From the NCBI GenBank assembly GCA_001784055.1, contig MFOZ01000019.1, positions 18,593-82,592 of the forward strand: a DNA stretch of 64,000 nt. Reading direction: 5' to 3'. Below the pieces are notes generated by a model that ran no database searches, had not been told where the DNA came from, and saw only the letters and a program-made list of their open reading frames with translations. The stretch's first letter is position 1; the number at the start of each line of letters is the position of its first letter. Positions 10,394 through 18,846 of the stretch are shown one piece after another. A program made the position numbers and the translations under genes. This DNA comes from Candidatus Levybacteria bacterium RIFCSPLOWO2_01_FULL_42_15. Its GTDB lineage: Bacteria > Patescibacteriota > Microgenomatia > Levybacterales > UBA12049.

Positions 10394-11374
10394 ATGATTA
10401 TTTCGAGAACGCCACTTAGAATAAGTTTTGTTGGAGGAGGGAGCGATATCGCTTCTTTTTACCATCACACGTCTGGTGCTGTTGTTTCGACCGCAATTAA
10501 TAAATACATTTATATTGCAGTAAATAGGCAATTTGACGGAAGAATTCTTGTAAATTATTCAAAAACAGAAATTGTTACGAAAATTTCCGATATAGAAAAT
10601 AATTTAGTTAGAGAAGCGCTTAAATTAACAGGCGTAACGGGCGGAATTCACATAATATCCATAGCGGATATTCCTTCTGAAGGAACAGGAATGGGGTCAT
10701 CCAGTTCATATATTGTCGGACTTTTAAATGCGCTATATGCATATCAAGGAAAACATATAAATGCAGAAAAATTAGCAAAACAAGCATGTCAAATTGAGAT
10801 AGATATACTAAAAAAACCTATTGGTAAACAAGATCAATACATTGCCGCATACGGAGGGCTTCAACATATTAAGTTTAATTCAGATGAATCTGTTTATGTT
10901 GATCCAATTATTTGCAAGATGGAAACAAAAAAAACTCTTGAAAAGAGATTATTGCTTTTCTATACGGGTATTATGCGATCCGCAGACCCAATTTTGGCAA
11001 AACAAACAAAAAATATGGCATCCCTTACCGCAAAGAGGAAAATTATGAGTAAAATGGTACAGCTGGCAAGAGAGATGAGTAATGCGCTGAATAATAATAA
11101 ATTAAATGATTTTGGTAAGATGTTGCATGAAAATTGGATTTTTAAAACACAAATGGCACAGGGAGTTTCAAGTCTTCAGATTGATAGCTGGTATAAACTT
11201 GCCATAAAAAATGGAGCTATTGGCGGAAAGCTTTTGGGAGCGGGTGGGGGCGGTTTTCTCCTTTTTTATGCACCAGAAGAGAAACACGAGAAAATTATCA
11301 TCGCTCTTTCAGATTTATCCTATCAAAAGTTTTCATTCGAACCTCAAGGAAGTAAAATTATTTTTATTGATTAA
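10394..11374 (+). CDS. hddA: D-glycero-alpha-D-manno-heptose 7-phosphate kinase (GHMP kinase)
   Basis: RTPLRISFVGGGSD, GTGMGSSS, GKQDQY, GGKLLGAGGGG; adjacent to gmhA. Confidence 0.85.
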   Translation: MIISRTPLRISFVGGGSDIASFYHHTSGAVVSTAINKYIYIAVNRQFDGRILVNYSKTEIVTKISDIENNLVREALKLTGVTGGIHIISIADIPSEGTGMGSSSSYIVGLLNALYAYQGKHINAEKLAKQACQIEIDILKKPIGKQDQYIAAYGGLQHIKFNSDESVYVDPIICKMETKKTLEKRLLLFYTGIMRSADPILAKQTKNMASLTAKRKIMSKMVQLAREMSNALNNNKLNDFGKMLHENWIFKTQMAQGVSSLQIDSWYKLAIKNGAIGGKLLGAGGGGFLLFYAPEEKHEKIIIALSDLSYQKFSFEPQGSKIIFID

Positions 11375-11377
11375 ATT

Positions 11378-12040
11378 ATGAAGAAGAAAAAAAGCGCGTT
11401 ACTCAGTCCAAAAGACTTTATAGAAGACTACATATTTGAGTTAAGTCGTTGTCTTAAATCTCTGGATAAAACAAAATTAGAGCTCATTATTGATGTTCTT
11501 ATTAATGCATACAAAAAAGATAAGAAAGTATTTATCTTAGGAAATGGCGGAAGCGCTACTACGGCCTCACATATGGCATGTGATTTGGGAAAGGGTACGT
11601 TGCAAAGAATATACGACAATACGGAGAGAAGATTTCGAGTTATTTCACTCACTGACAACGTGGCTATTATGACGGCTTTTGCAAACGATTTGAGTTTTGA
11701 TGATATTTTTATCCAACAGCTTAGGAATTTAGTTGAAACAGACGATGTTGTCATAGCGCTTTCCGGAAGCGGAAATAGCCCTAACGTAGTTAAGGCAATG
11801 GAATACGCTAAATTATGCGGAGCGAAAACTATCGGCATTCTTGGATTTAAAACTGGGGGAAAACTTGGGAATATGGTAGATTATTCAATTATTGCTGACA
11901 GCAACCATTATGGGCCAATTGAGGACATACAATTAATTCTTAATCATATGATCGCCGCATGGATTGCAAGAATTAAGAATATTCATGATGGGAAACCATA
12001 TGCAAAAAACGAGAATAAAAATAGCCCGTTTAAAAATTGA
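11378..12040 (+). CDS. gmhA: Phosphoheptose isomerase (SIS domain)
   Basis: GNGGSA..ASH, TAFAND, SGSGNSPNV, IED. Confidence 0.88.
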   Translation: MKKKKSALLSPKDFIEDYIFELSRCLKSLDKTKLELIIDVLINAYKKDKKVFILGNGGSATTASHMACDLGKGTLQRIYDNTERRFRVISLTDNVAIMTAFANDLSFDDIFIQQLRNLVETDDVVIALSGSGNSPNVVKAMEYAKLCGAKTIGILGFKTGGKLGNMVDYSIIADSNHYGPIEDIQLILNHMIAAWIARIKNIHDGKPYAKNENKNSPFKN

Positions 12041-12045
12041 TAAGC

Positions 12046-12858
12046 TTATCTAAAGAGATAAAAATATATATCTGATAAAGAAAATGGCTTATTATTCTTT
12101 TTAAATTTTTTAATGTCGGCCAAAGTAGGAAATGAAAAGTATTGCTTTTCATTTGGATGAAATCGGGCAAAAATTTCGATTTTATTGCTCGTTATATTCT
12201 TTAAAGCTTTTATCGTAGGGCCAATACTCTTATCAAATCCAAGAATATAGTTTTTAAATAAGGAATTGTTTTTAATTAAAGGAATAATTTCTTGATAAAC
12301 GACATTTCCTTGGTCTACTTTCGGTGTCATGAAATGAATGCTTACTCCAAACTCTTTTTCATTATAAAACATGGCCCAAAAAACTGGCAATACTCCGCCA
12401 TATTTTGGCAAAAGCGCAGTATGTCTATTAATGCATGCAATTTGAGGTAATTCTAAAAGATTTTTTTTAAATATCTGTCCCGAAGAAGAAATAATAATAT
12501 CAATATTTAATTTTCTTAAATAAGCAAGATGTTTACGGCTGTTAACATTATCTATTTTCACATACGGAACGTGAAATATGCGAGCAATTGATTGTACGGA
12601 GTATGTATTTTTTATTTGTATCTTATCCAAAAGATTTCTCACAAAACTCAATACTGCTATGCTAATAAAACCGAGGGTGCCCCATAAATGATATTGTTCA
12701 AGTAAGTAGTATGGAAATCCTTTTTTATAAATTTCCTTTAAGACGGTAACCCCAATAATTTTAAATTCCTTATCTGGTAGCTTTTGGAACAATCCTAAAA
12801 AATAATGAGGATGGAAAAGATTTTCTTCTGTAAGAATAAGATAGATTCGTTTTTTCAT
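12046..12858 (-). CDS. Formyltransferase-family protein
   Basis: CINRHTALLPKYGG..PVFW, GVSIHFM..KVDQG resemble the formyl_trans_N core. Confidence 0.75.
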   Translation of the reverse strand: MKKRIYLILTEENLFHPHYFLGLFQKLPDKEFKIIGVTVLKEIYKKGFPYYLLEQYHLWGTLGFISIAVLSFVRNLLDKIQIKNTYSVQSIARIFHVPYVKIDNVNSRKHLAYLRKLNIDIIISSSGQIFKKNLLELPQIACINRHTALLPKYGGVLPVFWAMFYNEKEFGVSIHFMTPKVDQGNVVYQEIIPLIKNNSLFKNYILGFDKSIGPTIKALKNITSNKIEIFARFHPNEKQYFSFPTLADIKKFKKNNKPFSLSDIYFYLFR

Positions 12859-13730
12859 TAAACAATTTTTCTACTTTTAAGATATTCCATGCAAGTCTGA
12901 AAGGAGAAATTAGCTAATAGGTGTTCAAACATATTGTTAACAGATATCTTATAGGGTAAAAAAAGTGGATTTTTTAAAAAACTTTCTTGCTCGTCTGGTA
13001 TATATTTTTTTGATTTGGATTTTGGCATAATGAGTTGCCAGTTGTGAATAAAAAGATTTGCTACTTCCCCCTTTTTGCTATATGCAGATAATTTTTTTGC
13101 ATAATACTCTTTTTTTAGAATGCTCCAGAAATAACTTGACCCAAAAGGAATGCCAAATCGAAATAAATTTTCTAAAGATATGCTACTTGGAAATGAAATA
13201 TCAGAAATGCTTGGATTGTAGGATTGATTTGCTACGGATACAGGTAGCTCATAAATGCCATCAAAATTATATATACGTCCTGAATTTCCATAAGTGGATG
13301 AAGAATAGAGAAAGCCCCAATCTTTTAAGATATTGTAACCCTCTTTAAAAAAAACAATATTTGGCGCCTGGAAGCCCTTTACGTGATACTTTTGCAACAA
13401 ATTTTTTGATGCTTCAAGTTCATTTTTCAGAATTTTTTCATTATCTATATAACTATGTGAATAGCCATGCCAACCTATTTCATGGCCTTCTGCTTGTATC
13501 TTTTTTAGTAATCCTGGATATAATTCTTCTAATTTAAATACAACAAAAAAGGTAATTTTCTGATTATATTTTTTTAACACATCTAAAACAAATTGTAACG
13601 CCGATACAATATAATCATTGTCAAGTTGTCGAAGCTTCGCATTTGATAAATTATACTTATTGATTTTTCTTGAAACCACCCAGGATTCAAAATCCATGCA
13701 AAGGAGGTGAGAAAAGCCATTTTTTTCCAT
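12858..13730 (-). CDS. Polysaccharide deacetylase family protein
   Basis: MDFESW, TFFV, GHEIGWHGYSH, GFQAP, YSSS. Confidence 0.8.
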   Translation of the reverse strand: MEKNGFSHLLCMDFESWVVSRKINKYNLSNAKLRQLDNDYIVSALQFVLDVLKKYNQKITFFVVFKLEELYPGLLKKIQAEGHEIGWHGYSHSYIDNEKILKNELEASKNLLQKYHVKGFQAPNIVFFKEGYNILKDWGFLYSSSTYGNSGRIYNFDGIYELPVSVANQSYNPSISDISFPSSISLENLFRFGIPFGSSYFWSILKKEYYAKKLSAYSKKGEVANLFIHNWQLIMPKSKSKKYIPDEQESFLKNPLFLPYKISVNNMFEHLLANFSFQTCMEYLKSRKIV

Positions 13731-13750
13731 AATTGCCTTTCAACAAAAAA

Positions 13751-14533
13751 CTACTTTCGCATTATTACACAGTAGCTATAGGCGAATCGGTCATCATGAT
13801 CAAAAATATCGATAATAAAGCCAAACATATTGGTAGCAAAAAATATAAAAGGAGAAACCAAAAACAAAGCAATACGAATAATAATTGGCCCCTCGGCTAT
13901 TTTTCTTATAACATAATGATTAATCATTGATGCAATGGTTGTACCGAAGTAAGAATATGTATAAATGCGTTCAATGGTAAAGCCAGTTCGTTTTGCTAAA
14001 TATTGGTACCCGCCTTTAGTAAATCGATAGAAATCTTTTTCTATACCTCCATGATCTCTGTATAAAAATGGTGTACTCGTAATACAAAGACCACCTTTTT
14101 TTAATACTCGATAGGCTTCTGCAAAAAATTGTACCGGATCTTCGATGTGTTCCAAAACAGAATAATTATAATATACGTCAAATGAGTTTTTTTTAAATTG
14201 AAGGTCTAGCGCATTACATTCTACGTCGATTCTTGCTTTATCTTTAGCTTTTCCGTAAAGGATATGTGTTATCATTCCCAGTGATTCAATTATTCTTGCT
14301 TGTTTTGTGAAGTCTTCATCCCAACTGGAATAATCAGTAGCGATATATTCTTTTATCTTTTTATTTAATTGCAAAGCCCGTTCTTTTTTAACACAATTTC
14401 CGCAGCCGGTCTCAAGAACCCTTCCATAGAAATGTGAAATGAGTTCATCATTTTCCGCGTTTGCTTTTATCATACTAAGCCAATGTGGATAAAATGGGGT
14501 ATTTACCAAAAGCGTAAAAACAACACGAAACAT
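13751..14533 (-). CDS. Class I SAM-dependent methyltransferase
   Basis: VLETGCG, SFD, VLEHIEDP, RVLKKGG, PFLY. Confidence 0.85.
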   Translation of the reverse strand: MFRVVFTLLVNTPFYPHWLSMIKANAENDELISHFYGRVLETGCGNCVKKERALQLNKKIKEYIATDYSSWDEDFTKQARIIESLGMITHILYGKAKDKARIDVECNALDLQFKKNSFDVYYNYSVLEHIEDPVQFFAEAYRVLKKGGLCITSTPFLYRDHGGIEKDFYRFTKGGYQYLAKRTGFTIERIYTYSYFGTTIASMINHYVIRKIAEGPIIIRIALFLVSPFIFFATNMFGFIIDIFDHDDRFAYSYCVIMRK

Positions 14534-14623
14534 ATATCTATTATATTTCTAAACGTATCTAATCGCAACTTGCTCACTTTAATGATACAATTGGGTTTAA
14601 GTCAATGCAGTAGAATTGAAAAT

Positions 14624-15742
14624 ATGAAAAAAATAAACTTGTTCGAGCCATATTGGACGAATGAAGACCTCGATGCTGTAACAGGTGTAATTAAAAGCGG
14701 TTGGTGGAAAGAAGGACCGATTTGTGAAAAGTTGGAAGAAGAATTTTGTGCGTATACGAAAACAAAGTATGCCGTATCAGTAAATAGTGCTACTGTGGGA
14801 CTGGACTTAATTTTTAAAGCATATGGTATTAAAAATGGAGAAGTAATTTTGCCCGCATTGACTTTTGTCGCTACAGGACTGATCCCCTTATATAACGATT
14901 GCAAGGTTATATTTGCTGATATAGATGAAGCAACACTGACAATTGACCCAAAAGATGTCGTGAAAAAAATAACTTCTAAAACAAAAGCAATTATCGTACA
15001 GCATCAATCCGGATACCCCGTAGATTTGGATAGTTTTGAGCAATTTAAAAAAAAAGGAATTTTAGTAATTGAAGATGCGGCTCACGGCGCCGGAACTTTT
15101 TATAAGGGAGAGCATGTTGGTACCAGAAATCCTTCTGTTTTTTCATTCAATGTTGTAAAAAATATTGCAGCGTGTGAGGGGGGGATGGTTACGACAGATA
15201 ATAAGGATATGGCAGAGAAAATGATGACCTTGCGATGGTTTGGTATAGATCAATTTGCCTGGAAAAAAGAAAAAAAGAAACATTTATGGGATTATTCCAT
15301 CTCCATGGTTGGATATAAATATCATTTCAATGATATTTTTGCCTCACTTGCTCGTGTACAATTAAAAAGGCTTAATAAAACAAATAAAAAAAGAAAAGAA
15401 TTAGCTCAGAGGTATAATGATAATTTTTTAAATAGATCCCTTCCTGTAAGAATTTTACTTATCAATTCCCCGGATATAATTTCTTCTCGTCATCAATATA
15501 TTATTCGGGTTGACGAGAAGCATAGGGATTCTTTAATTAATTGGTTGACAGACCATAAAATAATATCAGGAGTACATTATAAACCGATAAACCTATATCC
15601 GATTTTTGGTGGACATGGACATACTCCTGTTACTGATAGGGAATGGGGAAAAATGGTAACATTGCCTTTGCATCCGAAAATGACATTTGAAGATGTCGAT
15701 CATGTTTGTGAAGTAATAGCTCGATATTTTAAGCAAAATTAG
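14624..15742 (+). CDS. DegT/DnrJ/EryC1/StrS sugar aminotransferase
   Basis: VNSAT, TFVAT, IEDAAH, FSFNVVKNI..EGGM; start reassigned to ATG 14624. Confidence 0.9.
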   Translation: MKKINLFEPYWTNEDLDAVTGVIKSGWWKEGPICEKLEEEFCAYTKTKYAVSVNSATVGLDLIFKAYGIKNGEVILPALTFVATGLIPLYNDCKVIFADIDEATLTIDPKDVVKKITSKTKAIIVQHQSGYPVDLDSFEQFKKKGILVIEDAAHGAGTFYKGEHVGTRNPSVFSFNVVKNIAACEGGMVTTDNKDMAEKMMTLRWFGIDQFAWKKEKKKHLWDYSISMVGYKYHFNDIFASLARVQLKRLNKTNKKRKELAQRYNDNFLNRSLPVRILLINSPDIISSRHQYIIRVDEKHRDSLINWLTDHKIISGVHYKPINLYPIFGGHGHTPVTDREWGKMVTLPLHPKMTFEDVDHVCEVIARYFKQN

Positions 15743-15751
15743 TATTAGCTT

Positions 15752-17263
15752 GTGTTTTATTTTGTTGGATTTATTATTCCATTGATTAGTTATTTGTTTC
15801 AGATTTATCCCCGCTTGATAAATCGCTACTTTGGCGTGGATGTTTGGTCTCGGATGCTTGAGGCCGATTTTATTCGAAGAAATGGGCACCGAGTTCCTAT
15901 GCAAAAAATCAGCGATGGATTTATTTTGGAAGGATACTTTAATTATCCTCCTGTATTGCCTTGGCTCTTATCTTTTCTCTCAAAAAAAACGTTATTGGGC
16001 GTGCAGGGTTTTATCGCGCCGCTTTTTGATGTTATACAAAATATTTTAGTTTTTATTGCCATACTACAGTTAACTGGCAATATAGCTATCGCCGTACTGG
16101 GTCAAATTATCTATGCAACAATTCCTCTGGCTATCCTTGAGAATAGCTATTTAACTCCGCGATCGTTAGGTTATCTTACTTTTACTGTTGCATTTTACCC
16201 CTTAATTCTTTATTCCCTCGTACCCAATCCATTCTATCTTACCGTTGGGTTTATGTTTACCGTACTCTGTTTTTTTACGCACAGATTTGCCACTCAATCA
16301 CTTCTTTTTATGTGCGTATTTTTTTCTATCATAGATAGAAATCCTTTTTATCTCGCCGTTTTTTTTGGTGCTATGATTGTAGCAATTATCACAAGCCGTG
16401 GGTATTACCTGCGGGTTCTCGATGGACATATTGCAAATATTTACTTTTGGGTTTTAAATTATAAACTACGATTTGCCCATCAGGTACGAGGTATAGTAAA
16501 GAAAAGACAGAAGTGGGATTTTGTAAGCTTAGTATATTTTGTTTTAGGAAAATTTACCCCAGTGACACTTATTGGGACAAATCTTTGGATTGTAGTCCCG
16601 GTATTTTTCCTTCTGGAGAAGCTATTCGGTTTTGGTATCATTCCACAAGAGATTCTTATGGAACCGCTCTATTTTAAGATGTCTTTATGGGTACTATTTT
16701 GCTATGTTCTTGGAGCGCTTGTTTTATCCATTCCCTATCTTCAGCCTATTGGAGAAGGCCAGCGATATTTAGAAATGGCACTAGCTCCTACAGCAATAGT
16801 AGCAGCAGTGACATTTTCCCCCCTTTGGAGTACAGGCTATGCTGTTATTGCAACCGCTTGTTTTGTTCTCATACTTTGTACCAATATTGCTCTTACATTT
16901 ATCTCGCAATGGATGGGGATAATCAATGACAAATATAGAAGCCTTCATAAAGACATGCGAGAAGTATTTGCATTTATTAATACGCTCAAACCAGCTTCCC
17001 GAATTCTCTGTATTCCTCACCAAATAACAACAATGGTTTTGTACAATACAAAAGCAAGCGTATTGGTAGATATTCAAACGGGGACGTTACAACGAATACG
17101 TGATGTTTACCCAATATTAAGAAGCTCCGTACAAGATATCGCTAAAAAGTATAATCTTAATATGCTTATTCTCAAAAAATATTTTGCGTCCATGGAAGAA
17201 CTTAAACTTGATAAGAAATCTTTGATTTTTGAAACAGAAGAAACACAGATATTTAAACTTTAG
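15752..17263 (+). CDS. Polytopic membrane protein, possible GT-C-fold glycosyltransferase
   Basis: More than 10 hydrophobic segments, GVD in first loop, YPP motif, soluble C-terminal tail. Confidence 0.55.
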   Translation: MFYFVGFIIPLISYLFQIYPRLINRYFGVDVWSRMLEADFIRRNGHRVPMQKISDGFILEGYFNYPPVLPWLLSFLSKKTLLGVQGFIAPLFDVIQNILVFIAILQLTGNIAIAVLGQIIYATIPLAILENSYLTPRSLGYLTFTVAFYPLILYSLVPNPFYLTVGFMFTVLCFFTHRFATQSLLFMCVFFSIIDRNPFYLAVFFGAMIVAIITSRGYYLRVLDGHIANIYFWVLNYKLRFAHQVRGIVKKRQKWDFVSLVYFVLGKFTPVTLIGTNLWIVVPVFFLLEKLFGFGIIPQEILMEPLYFKMSLWVLFCYVLGALVLSIPYLQPIGEGQRYLEMALAPTAIVAAVTFSPLWSTGYAVIATACFVLILCTNIALTFISQWMGIINDKYRSLHKDMREVFAFINTLKPASRILCIPHQITTMVLYNTKASVLVDIQTGTLQRIRDVYPILRSSVQDIAKKYNLNMLILKKYFASMEELKLDKKSLIFETEETQIFKL

Positions 17264-17264
17264 T

Positions 17265-17930
17265 ATGGATAAAACAAAGAAAGTAATAACGAAGGTTCTT
17301 ATTCTCGGAACAGGAGGCATGTGTATTGATATTCTCGATATAATGAATGAGTTAGGTGGGTATACCTGTATTGGTTTTCTTGATGATGATAAGGAAAAAT
17401 GGAATAAGGAATATCAAGGCGTACGTGTTTTAGGACCTCTCACAAAGGCCAAAGAGTTTGTTGATGCCTATTTTGTTAACGGTATTGGTAATGCAAGCAA
17501 TTTTTTGCAGAAAAAAACAATTATCGATAGAACAGGAATTCCTGATGAAAAATTTCTATCTCTTGTTCATCCCACAGCCAGTATATCAAAAAGGGCTTCA
17601 GTTGGAATGGGTACTGTGATATTTCAGCATGTTACTGTGGCATCAAATGCAAAAATTGGCAATCACGTTTTAATTATGGCCAATAGTGTGGTAAGTCATG
17701 ATGTGATAGTGGGCGATTATACATATATAACAGGAGGTGCATGTATTTCTGGCTTGGTTACCATCGGCAGATCATCCTATTTGGGAACAAACTGTTCAAT
17801 TATTGGCAAAATTACCATTGGAGACAATGTGCTTATAGGTATGGGGAGCGTTGTGTTGAAAGATGTACCCTCGGATAGTGTATACGTAGGGAATCCTGCT
17901 AAATTTTTACGGAAAATAAATAACATGTAA
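17265..17930 (+). CDS. NeuD/PglD-like sugar N/O-acetyltransferase
   Basis: ILGTGG, GFLDDD, LVHP, SHD, hexapeptide repeats, VGNPAK. Confidence 0.88.
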   Translation: MDKTKKVITKVLILGTGGMCIDILDIMNELGGYTCIGFLDDDKEKWNKEYQGVRVLGPLTKAKEFVDAYFVNGIGNASNFLQKKTIIDRTGIPDEKFLSLVHPTASISKRASVGMGTVIFQHVTVASNAKIGNHVLIMANSVVSHDVIVGDYTYITGGACISGLVTIGRSSYLGTNCSIIGKITIGDNVLIGMGSVVLKDVPSDSVYVGNPAKFLRKINNM

Positions 17931-17999
17931 TAGGATATCTGAATGATTCTGTGAGATGCTTGTGTATTGCAGGGAGAAAGTTGAGGATTGGAGGAAATA

Positions 18000-18635
18000 T
18001 TAATTTTTTACGGCCATAGCAATAAGTTCATCAATAGGTTTATTATACCAGCTGCTTTGTTTATATTCCTTAATTTTGTTAGGGGAGAAGCGGAATTTTA
18101 TTAATTTTGCCGGAACCCCGCCATAAATCCCAAATTCTTGCGTAAGTCCCTTTACTAAGGAGTGTGTGCCAATCCCTCCACCATTTTTTATCGTACTGCC
18201 TCCTATTACGCTTACATTCTCGCCAATCCAAACATCTTTTTCTATTTTCGTATAGCCATAGTAAACTCTTTCTTTATTGCGCAGAGCTTTTTGCTTACTT
18301 TTTTTCAGGAGAATATAGAAGCTAAATGTTGAGAAACGATTATAATTGTGACCGTACGGCAAAACCTTAAAATCAGCACCGATAGATGTGAATTTATCAA
18401 TAGAAACATTGGAAATTTTAGCATCCCGTCCAAGAATTGAATATTCCTCGAGAATTACATTTGGTCCTATCCACGAATTACATCCCACTCTCGCATTTTT
18501 TTTTATTGTAACAGTGAATATGTCTATCAGGCATCCTCCGCGAATCATAGCTCCCGGATATCGTATCCAATAAACCGGCATTAATATCCACCCAAGTATA
18601 TTAGCAACTGTTTTTTCCATAAATCTAATTACCAT
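18000..18635 (-). CDS. CatB/Vat-like hexapeptide acyltransferase
   Basis: GHNY..FSTF, IEKDVWIG, GGVPAKLIKFRF. Confidence 0.75.
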   Translation of the reverse strand: MVIRFMEKTVANILGWILMPVYWIRYPGAMIRGGCLIDIFTVTIKKNARVGCNSWIGPNVILEEYSILGRDAKISNVSIDKFTSIGADFKVLPYGHNYNRFSTFSFYILLKKSKQKALRNKERVYYGYTKIEKDVWIGENVSVIGGSTIKNGGGIGTHSLVKGLTQEFGIYGGVPAKLIKFRFSPNKIKEYKQSSWYNKPIDELIAMAVKN

Positions 18636-18741
18636 AAATTATAAGATAAAGAGCTTATGCTGGCAAGTATTTGTTTTTTTTGCAATTTGTATAATAATAG
18701 TGTATAAAAATGAAAGTAAAATTTTTATATCTAATTTATTT

Positions 18742-18840
18742 ATGTTAAATTCTAATAAAAATGAAAACCCATTTGTATTAATAATGACTCTTTCCTATTG
18801 GGGATTAAGACCAAAAATTTTCCGCGGTTTTTAATGGAGA
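18742..18840 (+). pseudogene. Frameshifted 5' remnant of a GT2 paralogous to the gene at 7179
   Basis: ENPFVLIMTLSYWGLRP/(frameshift)NFPRFLME aligns by eye with DNPLVSIIIPLHWGLKPENFPRFLTD. Confidence 0.65.
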
Positions 18841-18846
18841 AAGATA

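Noticed and set aside
18000-18635. CatB/Vat antibiotic resistance gene
   Set aside because: Only family-level similarity; the glycan-locus context favours a sugar O-acyltransferase
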